This document shows, in pieces, positions 36,606 through 45,417 of a DNA stretch of 64,000 bases (position 1 is the first letter of the stretch; each line of letters begins with the position of its first letter). Position numbers and translations under genes: made by a program. Source of the DNA: Bacillota bacterium (GTDB taxonomy: Bacteria > Bacillota > Sulfobacillia > JAJZYS01 > JAILZS01). The DNA lies in the NCBI GenBank assembly GCA_023512375.1, contig JAILZS010000004.1, positions 18,036 to 82,035 of the forward strand, in the 5' to 3' direction. The notes beneath the pieces are model-generated. The model was not told the DNA's origin. It did no database searches and was given only the letters and a program-made list of their open reading frames with translations.

Positions 36606-37853
36606 CTAGCCGGCGCCGTGGGCCAGGGTGAGGTCGCCTGCCCCGATCGAGGTTCCGGTGGCCAGGACGGCGGCGCGCGTCACCAGGTGCAAGAGCTCGC
36701 GCACGTTGCCGGGCCACGGTTGGGCGATCAGCCACTCCCTGGCGTCCGGGGTGAGGGTGCGGTGGATGCCGTACCGCCGGCCGACCTCGGCCAGGGCGCG
36801 CTCCGCCAGGGGGAGGATGTCCTCGCGCCGCTCGGCCAGGGGAGGGATGGCGACCGGCATGGTGCTGAGGCGGTAGTACAGGTCGGCGCGGAACCGGCCC
36901 TCGGCCACGAGCCGGGCGAGCGGCCGGTGGGTGGCGACGATGAGGCGCACGTCGGCACGAACCGGCCGCCGGCCTCCCAGGGGGATGAACTCGCCTGTGT
37001 CGGCGAACGAGAGGATCTTCGCCTGCAGGGCCAGGGGAAGTTCGCCGATCTCGTCCAGGAGGACGGTGCCGCCCTGGGCGCTGCGCAACAGGCCTGGGTG
37101 GCCTTCGCGCCGGGCGCCGGTGTAGGCTCCCGGCTCGTAGCCGAACAGCTCCGCCTCGAACAGCCCCTCGGGCAGGCTGGCAGGCTGGATGGCCAGGAAG
37201 GGCCCTTCCCGGCGCGGGCTCCAGGCGTGGATGCGGCGGGCGAAGTGGGTCTTTCCCACACCGGTGGCGCCCGTGAGGAGCATCGGCACGTCGAGCGCCG
37301 CCGCCCGGCGCATGACCTCGACCGCGGCGCGCAGGGCAGGGGAGGCGTACAGCGTCGCCTCCTCTTCCTCCCCCTCGGCCGGCGCGTTCGCTCGGCGCCC
37401 GGCCGCCGCTGGACCGTCCGGCTGCCCCAACGTCGCGGCGAGGAGCTCGTCGAGGTCGCGCGAGTTGCACACCACCCGCACCACCTCCCCCCGCTCGTCG
37501 CGCACCGGTCGTGCCGTGACCACGAGACGGCGGCCGAGGCGCGTGCGCTGGCGCACCGTCACGGTCTCCCCCTGGGCGAGGGCGAGCCGGGTGGCGGAGG
37601 GGGCGTAGACCCCCCGCCGTTCCAGCTCACGCACCGAAACCCCGATGAGTTCCTCCGCCGCCATGCCGTACAGGCGCTGGCTGGCGTCGCTCACCCACAG
37701 CGTGCGCCCCTCGCCGTCGGTCACGTAGATCTCGTCATAGGAATGGGCGAGCGCGCCGTCCCCCACCCACGCCGGCGCACCCTCCGCCCGCCGTCCCGTG
37801 CCGCCCGCCAGGCCGGTGGGTTCCGGCTTCGCCACGCTACCCCCGCCCCGCAT
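36606..37853 (-). CDS. Sigma-54-dependent activator, PAS + AAA+ domains, no C-terminal HTH
   Basis: The last 415 codons of ORF 36606..39329 give a PAS-like domain (YDEIYVTDGEGRTLWVSDASQRLYGMAAEELIG), Walker A GATGVGKT, ELFGYEPGAYTGA (GAFTGA loop), Walker B LLDEIGE and PGNVRELLHLV. The stop comes 28 residues later. Confidence 0.85.
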   Translation of the reverse strand: MRGGGSVAKPEPTGLAGGTGRRAEGAPAWVGDGALAHSYDEIYVTDGEGRTLWVSDASQRLYGMAAEELIGVSVRELERRGVYAPSATRLALAQGETVTVRQRTRLGRRLVVTARPVRDERGEVVRVVCNSRDLDELLAATLGQPDGPAAAGRRANAPAEGEEEEATLYASPALRAAVEVMRRAAALDVPMLLTGATGVGKTHFARRIHAWSPRREGPFLAIQPASLPEGLFEAELFGYEPGAYTGARREGHPGLLRSAQGGTVLLDEIGELPLALQAKILSFADTGEFIPLGGRRPVRADVRLIVATHRPLARLVAEGRFRADLYYRLSTMPVAIPPLAERREDILPLAERALAEVGRRYGIHRTLTPDAREWLIAQPWPGNVRELLHLVTRAAVLATGTSIGAGDLTLAHGAG

Positions 37854-37940
37854 CCGCCTCGCCGCCCGCTCCCGGCGGCGGTCGGGAGGGGTTCCGCGGC
37901 ACGCGAGCGAAACCCTGCACGGTTGCGGGGGGCGGGTACG

Positions 37941-39224
37941 GTGTCCGCGCGGGCGGAGCTGGGGACGACGGTGGGCGTGGGCGTCGAGCCGCAGACGGCG
38001 CTCTTCCTGAAAGTCCTGGCCTTGCCGCGGGCTGGGCTCGGGGCGTGGCTGGTCGAGGCCGTGGAGCGAAACCCGTTCCTCGCCTGGCGGGGCGAGGGCT
38101 TCGACGGATGGGGCGCGGCGGCGGCCGACGTGCCCTCGGCCCGCGCCGGAGCGGGCGGGCTGTCGGGTTCGCCCGCCGCGGAGCGCGTGCGCCACCTGAT
38201 CGAACAGCTCCCTCCGCTCGACGCCGCCAGCCGCCGCATCGCCTGCGCCCTGGCGGCGGCCGTCGACGTCGACGGCTACCTCGGCTGGCCGCTCGAGGTG
38301 GTGGCCCGGCGCCTGGGGGTGGCCACGCGTGCGGTGGCCGCCGTGCACCGGCGCCTTTTGGCCTGTCTGGAGCCAGCCGGCGTGCTGGCGCGGGACCGGC
38401 GCGAGGCGGCGGCGGTCATCCTGCGCCGTCGCCCGCAGCATGCCGCTGAGCGCGACGCTCTCGCCGCCCTGAAGGCCGGCCTGGAACCGGACGTCGGGGC
38501 GCGTGCCCTCGCCGCCGCCATGGGGTGGCCGCCGGCGCGCGCCCGGGCGGCGGCGTGCTGCCTCGAGTCCCTGCCGGCCGAACCTTGGCCCCGGGAGGGG
38601 GTGCCCGCACCGCCGGCTCTCCCCGACTTCCGTCTCGGCCCGGACGGCGAGGTGGCGGTGGAGGTGCGGGCTCGCTCCTGGGTGGAGCTCGACCGCGCGT
38701 ACGCCCGCCTGCCGGCGCGCGCCTTGGCCGCCGCCGCTGGAGAGGCGGCATTCGTGCGCGCACACCGGCGCGAGGCGCACCTCGTCCTGACCGCGCTGGC
38801 GCGGCGCGACGCGACGATGGCGCGCGTCGGCCAGGCCCTCCTGGGAGGGCAGGCGGCGTTCGCGCGCCTTGGGCCGCGCGCCATCGTGCCGCGGCGGATC
38901 GAGGACGTCTCTCGCCACCTGGGCCTGCACCCGTCCACCGTGTGGCGGGCGGCGCAGGACAAGTGGGTGGCCACCCCGCACGGCACGCTTCCCGTCAGGG
39001 CGTTCGTCGGCCGGCGCGTGCGCGACGGCGGGACGGTGGGAGCGGCGGCCCTGGCGGCGTCGCTGCGCGCCATCGTCGCCGACGAGCCCCCCGAGCGACC
39101 GCTGACGGACGGCGAGCTGGCGGCCCGCCTGTTTGCCCTGGGGATGGCGGTGGAACGCCGCACCGTGGCCAAGTACCGGGCCCTGGCGGGCATCCCTCCC
39201 TCGCGCGCCCGCCGCCGGGCGTAG
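37941..39224 (+). CDS. rpoN: RNA polymerase sigma-54 factor (short, divergent)
   Basis: The last 427 codons of ORF 36144..39224 give region I-like EPQTALFLKVLALPRAGLGAWLVEAVERNPFL, core-binding ..VDVDGYLGWPLEVVARRL..LEPAGVLARDRRE.., HTH ..VSRHLGLHPSTVWRAAQDKWVATPHGTLPVRAFV and the RpoN box ERRTVAKYRALAGIP. Confidence 0.85.
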   Translation: MSARAELGTTVGVGVEPQTALFLKVLALPRAGLGAWLVEAVERNPFLAWRGEGFDGWGAAAADVPSARAGAGGLSGSPAAERVRHLIEQLPPLDAASRRIACALAAAVDVDGYLGWPLEVVARRLGVATRAVAAVHRRLLACLEPAGVLARDRREAAAVILRRRPQHAAERDALAALKAGLEPDVGARALAAAMGWPPARARAAACCLESLPAEPWPREGVPAPPALPDFRLGPDGEVAVEVRARSWVELDRAYARLPARALAAAAGEAAFVRAHRREAHLVLTALARRDATMARVGQALLGGQAAFARLGPRAIVPRRIEDVSRHLGLHPSTVWRAAQDKWVATPHGTLPVRAFVGRRVRDGGTVGAAALAASLRAIVADEPPERPLTDGELAARLFALGMAVERRTVAKYRALAGIPPSRARRRA

Positions 39225-39271
39225 CCGGTCGGCACGGCCACGGCAGACAGGCCGGTTGCGGGCGACCCATG

Positions 39272-39302
39272 CCGTCCCCGTCCGGCGGGCGACGGGGGAC
39301 GG
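39272..39302 (+). terminator. GC-rich hairpin downstream of rpoN (possible terminator, no U-tract)
   Basis: CCGTCCCCGTC-cggcgggc-GACGGGGGACGG forms an 11-bp stem with one bulged G. It begins 48 nt after the rpoN stop. Confidence 0.35.
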
Positions 39303-39880
39303 GTGGGTGCCCCAGCCTCGCCTTTGCACCGCCGAGAAGGTTCCACCCGCCCCCTCGTCGACCTGCGGGCGCGAGGCGCCCCTCTACGCTCGTGCCTTGG
39401 GGGGGCCGGGGGCGCGCTGCACCCCCGTGGCGAAGGCCACGCTGCCCGTCGCCGCCTCCCCGCCTCGATGCGGCACGTGCCCTCACCGCGACCGGCGGTG
39501 TGGACGGCTGTCAGGCGGCCTGCGCGAGGTGGTGGCCGTGCTCTCCATCGCCGCCAGGGGGCCTCCGTCGAGGGATCGGAACCGCGGGTACTGGGCAATC
39601 GGCATCGAAGACGACGCCCACCAAGGGAGGGAGGCCGAACCCGTCGCCTCTGTCGCCGGGGTGGGCGGCCTGCCGGCCGTCGGCGGCGCGCCGTCGAGCA
39701 AGACGGTGACCGGGGAGGTGTCTACCGGCGGGTTGTCGTCGACGTACACCCGATGGGCGTGAGACGGTCGGCGCGGCCTGCGGCGCCGGGCTCCCGGGAA
39801 CGGCGACGGCCCACGGCCCCGCGCAGGCCGTGGGGACGCGCCGCCCGGGACGGAATCACGCGGTCGTCCCGGAGGCCTCC

Positions 39881-40285
39881 TCAGGCGGCGAGGCCGCGCA
39901 CCGCCAGGTACAGGGCGAGGCCGACGCCGCCGGCACCGACCAGGACGGCGAGGGCCACGTCCCAGCCCGGCGCGGTGACATCGCGCCCGCGGGCGATCGC
40001 CTCCCGCCGCCGGGCGTAGCGCGCGGCCCCGAACAGGACGACGCCGGCGCCAAGGGCGGTGATGGCGGCGCCGATGAGGACGTCCAGCCCCCTTGGGGCG
40101 GGCGCCGCGCCGCGGGCGGAGAGCTCGGCGAGGAAGAGGGCGAAGCGGGCGACGACGAAGCCGAAGGCCATCACCGCCACGCCCGTGCGCACGTGGGCGA
40201 GGAAGGTGCGCTCGTTGGCCAAGAACAGGGAGGCGCGCCCGCGTCGGCGCGCCCGCGTCGGCGCATGCGGCTTGGGCCATGGCAT
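39881..40285 (-). CDS. DUF202 (YidH-like) membrane protein
   Basis: ..LFLANERTFLAHVRTGVAVMAFGFVVARF.. is the DUF202 signature, with three hydrophobic segments. Confidence 0.75.
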   Translation of the reverse strand: MPWPKPHAPTRARRRGRASLFLANERTFLAHVRTGVAVMAFGFVVARFALFLAELSARGAAPAPRGLDVLIGAAITALGAGVVLFGAARYARRREAIARGRDVTAPGWDVALAVLVGAGGVGLALYLAVRGLAA

Positions 40286-40339
40286 GGCCGTAGTGTGCCC
40301 GGCCGCCCGACCTGTGCTGGGCGTCGTCCTACGCGCCGC

Positions 40340-41167
40340 CTAGACGCCCATGAGGAGGAGGCCGGTGAGGACCACTCCGGCGGCCATGCTGACGAGGGCC
40401 AACGGCATGAGGCGGTGCGTCTCGAAGTAGCGCATGAGGTAGCGCACCGAAAGGTACGCCACCACCCCGGCGACGACGAACCCGACGAGGCTTTGCACGA
40501 GCAGGCCGTGCATGTGGAGCTTGTGGACCTCGAGCACACCCGCGGCGAGGATGACCGGCGTCGCCATGAGGAACGAGAAGCGGGCCGCCGTCTCGTACGA
40601 CAGACCGACCGCCAGCCCGCCCACCATGGTGACGCCGGAGCGCGAGAAGCCCGGGATGAGGGCGAGGATCTGGGCCACGCCGATGAGGATGGCCTGCCAG
40701 AACGCCATGGCCGGGATGTCCTCCTGCCCGTGCTGCACCAGGCGGTCGCCCGCCAGCATGATGAGCCCGTTGACGATGAGCAGGGCCGCCGCCAGCTGGG
40801 GGAGGCCGTACAGGCCGGCGAAGGCGTGGCGGAAGACCAGGCCCACGATGCCGGCGGGCACCGTGGCCGCGATGAGGAGCCACACCGCCCGCTGGTCGCC
40901 GTCGCGGTCGAGCTCCAGGAGGGAGGTCTGCACGCTGCGGAAGAACGCTCCCACCAGGCGCGCCCAGTCGCGGGCGAAGTAGACGATGAGGGCGATGGCC
41001 GTACCGAGGTGCAGGGCGACGACAAACGGGAGGAATTGGCTCGACGAGGTGTCGATGGCCCAGTGGAACAGGTGTGGGACGATGACCTGGAAGGCGATGC
41101 TGGAGAACGGGAACAGCTCGGTGAACCCCTGCAGGGCGCTCAGAACCACGGCCTGACCGATGGACAC
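40340..41167 (-). CDS. uppP: Undecaprenyl-diphosphate phosphatase
   Basis: MSIGQAVVLSALQGFTELFPFSSIAFQVIV..ALHLGTAIALIVYF..GFSRSGVTMVGGL.. are BacA/UppP motifs; 275 aa. Confidence 0.9.
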   Translation of the reverse strand: MSIGQAVVLSALQGFTELFPFSSIAFQVIVPHLFHWAIDTSSSQFLPFVVALHLGTAIALIVYFARDWARLVGAFFRSVQTSLLELDRDGDQRAVWLLIAATVPAGIVGLVFRHAFAGLYGLPQLAAALLIVNGLIMLAGDRLVQHGQEDIPAMAFWQAILIGVAQILALIPGFSRSGVTMVGGLAVGLSYETAARFSFLMATPVILAAGVLEVHKLHMHGLLVQSLVGFVVAGVVAYLSVRYLMRYFETHRLMPLALVSMAAGVVLTGLLLMGV

Positions 41168-41280
41168 CTTCGTACCTCCTGGACGCCGCGACCGAACGCG
41201 GCGGATGCCGGCGCGTCCGAGCGCCTACCCTGCCAGTATCGCCTGCGACGGCTGGCGTTGCATGAGACGGAGATGAGGCT

Positions 41281-42129
41281 CTAGCCCACGACCATGGAGG
41301 CGGGAAGGAGGTCGGCGATGTACGGCGGCAGGACGAAGGCGGCGCGGTGCACGGCGGGCGTGTACCAGCGCGTGCCGGTCGGCGTCCAGGGGTTCTCCGG
41401 CTGTAAGGGGTCGGGCCCGAGCGAGCCGACGATGAACGTGAAGTAGCCGCCCGGATAGGTGGGGATGGTGGCGGAGAACAGCCGCGCCAGGGGGAAGCGG
41501 GAGGCGACGTCGGCGCTCACGTCGCGTACGACCTCGGGGTTGTAGAACGGGGCGCCGGTGTGCTGGATGTACAGGCCGCGGGGACGCAGCGCCTGCCGTA
41601 CGGCGGCATGGAACTCGGGGGTGTAGAGGACCTTGCCGGGACCGTCGCCTTCCGGGTCGGTGGCGTCCACCAGGATGACGTCGTATTCGGCATCGTGCCG
41701 GCTCAGGAAGGCGGCGCCGTCCTCGAACCGCACCTCGAGGCGGGGGTCGTCGAGCGCGGCCGTGTGGGCGGGGAGGAAGCGCCGCGCCGCCTCCACCACC
41801 GCGGGGTCGATCTCCACCATGGTGGCGGCGCGCACCGTCGGGCAGCGGAGGACCTCGCGCGCGGTGCCGCCGTCGCCGCCCCCGACGATGAGCACCCGCT
41901 CCGGCGCGGGGTGCGTGACCAGGGCCACGTGGGCCAGCATCTCGTGGTAGATGAACTCGTCGCCCGCGGTCGTCTGCATGATGCCGTCGAGCACGAGGGA
42001 CGGGCCGAACTGCTCGGTGTCGATGACCTGGATGTCCTGGTAGGCGGAGCGAACGGAGTAGAGGCAGCGCCGCACCTTCCAACGCAGCTGGTGGTGCGCG
42101 GAGGCGGCCTCGTCGAACCACAGGGCCAC
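41281..42129 (-). CDS. speE: Spermidine synthase (polyamine aminopropyltransferase)
   Basis: ..SAYQDIQVIDTEQFGPSLVLDGIMQTTAGDEFIYHEMLAHV..VLIVGGGDGGTAREVL..MVEIDPAVV..VILVDATDP.. GTG 42129 follows GAGGAGGTGA. Confidence 0.9.
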   Translation of the reverse strand: MALWFDEAASAHHQLRWKVRRCLYSVRSAYQDIQVIDTEQFGPSLVLDGIMQTTAGDEFIYHEMLAHVALVTHPAPERVLIVGGGDGGTAREVLRCPTVRAATMVEIDPAVVEAARRFLPAHTAALDDPRLEVRFEDGAAFLSRHDAEYDVILVDATDPEGDGPGKVLYTPEFHAAVRQALRPRGLYIQHTGAPFYNPEVVRDVSADVASRFPLARLFSATIPTYPGGYFTFIVGSLGPDPLQPENPWTPTGTRWYTPAVHRAAFVLPPYIADLLPASMVVG

Positions 42130-42292
42130 GGCGTCACCTCCTCGAGGGTGTGCGGCGGACGATGCTCCCCCTGTGGTTCGTCCCCGGCCGCCCCGGTCCC
42201 TGTCGCGGGCCACCCGTCCCTGGACGGGCGACGGCGTCGGTACCACCATGGTTGCGGGCCGCTGCGACGACGGCCCGGGGAGGTGGGTGAAG

Positions 42293-43291
42293 ATGCGGGC
42301 GATGGTGGTGGCCGCGCCGGGGCGCCCCCTGGAGGGGCGCGACCTGCCGACGCCCGAGCCGGGGCCAGGCGAGGTGCGCGTGCGCGTACGGGCGTGTGGC
42401 GTCTGCCGCACCGACCTGCACATCGCCGACGGCGAGCTCATGCCGCCCGCCCTGCCCCGAGTGCCGGGGCACGAGGTGGTGGGCACGGTGGAGGCGGTGG
42501 GCGAGGGGGTGGAGGGCCTCGCTCCCGGTACGCGGGTGGGCGTCCCCTGGCTGGCGCACGCCTGCGGCCATTGCCGCTTTTGCCGGCGCGGCCAGGAGAA
42601 CCTCTGCCTCGAGGCGCGCTTCACGGGGTTTCACGTCGACGGCGGTTACGCCGAGCGCCTCGTGGCCGAGGCGCGCTTCGTCTTCCCCCTGCCGCCGTCC
42701 GTGGGGGACGACGTGCACGCAGCGCCCCTCATGTGCGCCGGTCTCATCGGCTTTCGCGCCCTGCGCCTGGCCGGCGACGGCGAACGCGTGGGCCTGTACG
42801 GCTTCGGTGCCGCCGCCCACATCCTGGCCCAGGTGCTCGCCGCCCAGGGGCGGGAGGTCTACGCCTTCACGCGTCCGGGCGACCGTTCCGGACAGGCCTT
42901 CGCCCGCTCCCTGGGGGCGAGGTGGGCGGGCGGCTCCGACGAGGCGCCGCCCGAGCCCCTGGACGCAGCCATCGTCTTCGCCCCTGTGGGGGAACTCGTG
43001 CCCCTGGCCCTGCGGGCCGTCGACCGCGGCGGGCGAGTGGTGTTGGGCGGCATCCACATGAGCGACCTGCCGCCGATTCCGTACCGCATCCTGTGGGAGG
43101 AGCGGTCGATCGCCTCCGTCGCCAACCTGACGCGCGCGGACGGGGAGGAGTTCTTGGCCCTGGCGGCGCGCACGCCGATCCGCACCGAGGTGACGCCCTA
43201 CCCCCTGGAGGCGGCGGACGAGGCCCTGGCCGCCGTGCGGGCGGGGCGGCTGCATGGGGCGGCGGTGCTCGTGCCGGACCGCACGGTGTAG
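42293..43291 (+). CDS. Zinc-binding alcohol dehydrogenase family protein
   Basis: MRAMVVAAPG..ACGVCRTDLHIADGE..PGHEVVGTVEAVG..CGHCRFCRRGQENLC (structural Zn)..LYGFGAAAHI. Confidence 0.85.
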   Translation: MRAMVVAAPGRPLEGRDLPTPEPGPGEVRVRVRACGVCRTDLHIADGELMPPALPRVPGHEVVGTVEAVGEGVEGLAPGTRVGVPWLAHACGHCRFCRRGQENLCLEARFTGFHVDGGYAERLVAEARFVFPLPPSVGDDVHAAPLMCAGLIGFRALRLAGDGERVGLYGFGAAAHILAQVLAAQGREVYAFTRPGDRSGQAFARSLGARWAGGSDEAPPEPLDAAIVFAPVGELVPLALRAVDRGGRVVLGGIHMSDLPPIPYRILWEERSIASVANLTRADGEEFLALAARTPIRTEVTPYPLEAADEALAAVRAGRLHGAAVLVPDRTV

Positions 43292-43337
43292 GCGCGAGCC
43301 CGAGGCGCCAGTAGCACCCGGGAGCACCACCGCATAC

Positions 43338-43712
43338 ATGTCAGCGGAGGTGGTCCCCATCCGGGCGAGCGATGTGCGGGAATACGTCGAGCGGCACTGC
43401 CATGAGGATGACCGGGTGACGGTGATCTGGTCCTGCGGCGGCGATCTCGGTTGCACCACGGGCAAGATCGCAGCCATCTACGACGGTGTGATCCTGGTGC
43501 GGGGACTTGCACCCACCGTGGAGGAACGCTTGCACGGGGATCCCTGCGCCGACCTCGGCGCGTTGGAACTCGTCACCGCGGTCGACTTGGAGCGCGTGTG
43601 CGCCATCGTGTTCGGCCTTCCACCTTGCCGCAAGGCGGCGTTCCCCTTCTGTTGCGTGGAGTTGGATCCTTCTGCACGGACCGGGCCGCGGTCGACCTCC
43701 GGACAGGGGTAG
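43338..43712 (+). CDS. Hypothetical Cys-rich small protein
   Basis: ORF from Met29 of 43254..43712 (MSAEVVPIRASDVREYVERHCHEDDRVTVIWSCGGDLGCTTGKIAAIYDGVILVRG..). I recognise no family. An 8-bp GC hairpin follows at about 43770-43800. Confidence 0.4.
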   Translation: MSAEVVPIRASDVREYVERHCHEDDRVTVIWSCGGDLGCTTGKIAAIYDGVILVRGLAPTVEERLHGDPCADLGALELVTAVDLERVCAIVFGLPPCRKAAFPFCCVELDPSARTGPRSTSGQG

Positions 43713-43865
43713 GCAGGCGTTGGGGCGCGCGGAGGTGCCGGCCAGGAGGAAGGCGCCGCGCGCCGAAGGGGATAGACCGCGCCCGTCACCTCGGGCGCGG
43801 AGGGGGGTCCAGCGGTTGAATTCGTCCCCGGCAGCCGTGTTGCCGCGAAGTGAGCCGCCCGAAGG

Positions 43866-45092
43866 TTGATCGCCCGGCCGCCGGGCCTGGGACTCCCGCC
43901 GGCGCTCGCGCAACCCCGTTCCGACCTCACCTTCGCCCTGCGCATCGTCCTCGGGGCACTTAGCGCCTTCGGTCCCCTGTCGATCGACATGTATCTACCG
44001 TCGCTGCCTGCCTTGGCGCGCAACCTCGGCGCCACGCCCGCGGCGGCGCAGCTCACGCTCACGGCCTGCCTGGTGGGGCTCGCGGCCGGCCAGATCGTGG
44101 CCGGTCCGGCGAGCGACGCCCTCGGCCGCCGCCGCCCTCTCCTGGTGGGCCTGGCGGCGTACGCCCTCGCCTCGCTCTTGTGCGCCGCCGCCCCCAGCGT
44201 GTGGGCGCTGGCCGCCTTCCGCTTCGTGCAGGGCGCAGCGGGGGCCGTGGGCATCGTGGTGGCGAGGGCCGTGGTGCGGGACCGGAGCGAGGGCACGGCG
44301 GCGGCCCGCACGTACGCCGCCCTGATGGCCGTAAGCGGCCTGGCCCCCGTCCTGGCCCCGCTCCTGGGCGGCCAGCTCCTCCGCTTGGGATCTTGGCGGG
44401 TGGTCTTCCTCGCCCTCACGGTCGTGGGGGCGCTCATCCTGGCGGCCAGCGCGCGCATCGTGCCGGAGACCCTGCCCCCAGAGCGGCGGCGCCGGCCCGC
44501 CGGGGTGCGGGCGACGTTCGCCGCCCCCCTCGGGGATCGCCGCTTCGTCGCCTACGCGGCCGCCGCCGCCCTCGGCACGGCCGCGCTGTTCGCGTACATC
44601 TCCGGCTCGCCCTTCGCCCTCGAGGACGTGTACGGCCTAAGCCCCCAGGGGTTCAGCGCCGCCTTCGCCGCCAACGCCCTCGGCATCCTCGCCGTGAGCC
44701 AGGCGGGCGGCCGCCTCGTCGGCCGGGTGGGGCCGCGCCGCTTGTTTGCTACCGGCCTGGGCGCGATGGCGTGCGGCGGCTTCGCCCTCCTCGCGGCGGT
44801 GGCCGCCCACGCCGGGTTGTGGCTCGTCTTACCCGCCTTGTTCTGCGCCGTGGCCAGCATGGGGCTGCTCACGCCCAACGCCACCGCCCTCGCCCTGGCC
44901 GGCCAGGCGGCCTCCGCCGGTGCCGCCTCCGCTCTCCTGGGCGTGGGCCAGTACGTCCTCGGTGCCGTCTTGGCGCCGCTCGCCGGGGCCGCGGGGGCGG
45001 CGTCCGCCCTGCCCATGGCGGCGGTGATCGCCGCCCTCGCCCTGGCTGCGGTGGCCGTGGAGCGCTTCACCCTGCGCGGCGAGCGTGGTTAG
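43866..45092 (+). CDS. MFS transporter, Bcr/CflA drug-resistance subfamily
   Basis: ..LGALSAFGPLSIDMYLPSLPALARNLGATPAAAQLTLTACLVGLAAGQIVAGPASDALGRRRPLL.. is the Bcr/CflA N-terminal signature, with about 12 TM segments. Confidence 0.85.
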   Translation: MIARPPGLGLPPALAQPRSDLTFALRIVLGALSAFGPLSIDMYLPSLPALARNLGATPAAAQLTLTACLVGLAAGQIVAGPASDALGRRRPLLVGLAAYALASLLCAAAPSVWALAAFRFVQGAAGAVGIVVARAVVRDRSEGTAAARTYAALMAVSGLAPVLAPLLGGQLLRLGSWRVVFLALTVVGALILAASARIVPETLPPERRRRPAGVRATFAAPLGDRRFVAYAAAAALGTAALFAYISGSPFALEDVYGLSPQGFSAAFAANALGILAVSQAGGRLVGRVGPRRLFATGLGAMACGGFALLAAVAAHAGLWLVLPALFCAVASMGLLTPNATALALAGQAASAGAASALLGVGQYVLGAVLAPLAGAAGAASALPMAAVIAALALAAVAVERFTLRGERG

Positions 45093-45094
45093 GC

Positions 45095-45129
45095 GGCGAC
45101 CCCGCCCGGCGTGCACGGGCGGGGTCGCC
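45095..45129 (+). terminator. Perfect 13-bp GC hairpin immediately after the MFS gene
   Basis: GGCGACCCCGCCC-ggcgtgcac-GGGCGGGGTCGCC starts 3 nt after the TAG at 45090-45092. There is no U-tract, which is common in high-GC genomes. Confidence 0.6.
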
Positions 45130-45417
45130 AGGGAAGCCACCAGTCGCGCGAGGTACCCGGCTTCGGATGCGGTGCAATGTCGGTCCGGTTGCGTTCGGAA
45201 CCGCGTCGTCAATCCGCATGCGGTCGTCGGTCCTCGGTTCGGCGCGGTTCCACCTGCATGCTAGGCGAGCCGCCCGCTCGGCCCCAGGGTCCTTGGGGGT
45301 CGAGCGGGAGGGACCTTCGGCCCAGACGGGTCACCCGTTCGGCCCGGTCGAACGGCGCGCGGCGGCGATGGAAAGGATTTCTTTCCCGGCGGCGAACCTT
45401 GCGCCGGGGGTGGTGGC

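Noticed and set aside
36144-39224. 1026-aa plus-strand ORF
   Set aside because: Only the C-terminal 427 codons are RpoN-like. The upstream 600 codons are antisense to the DinB and activator genes and have no protein-like sequence.
39483-40280. 265-aa minus ORF and 209-aa plus ORF (39133-39762) in the post-rpoN gap
   Set aside because: Neither has a start codon with a ribosome-binding site in the unassigned part. The two frames share third codon positions, so high GC3 cannot discriminate between them. I kept this as an open question in the findings rather than as a gene call.
41221-41240. Minus-strand TGGCAGGGTAGGCGCT upstream of uppP
   Set aside because: It has GG and GC spacing only. Both flanking consensus positions are wrong (CAG for CAC, GCGC for TTGC).
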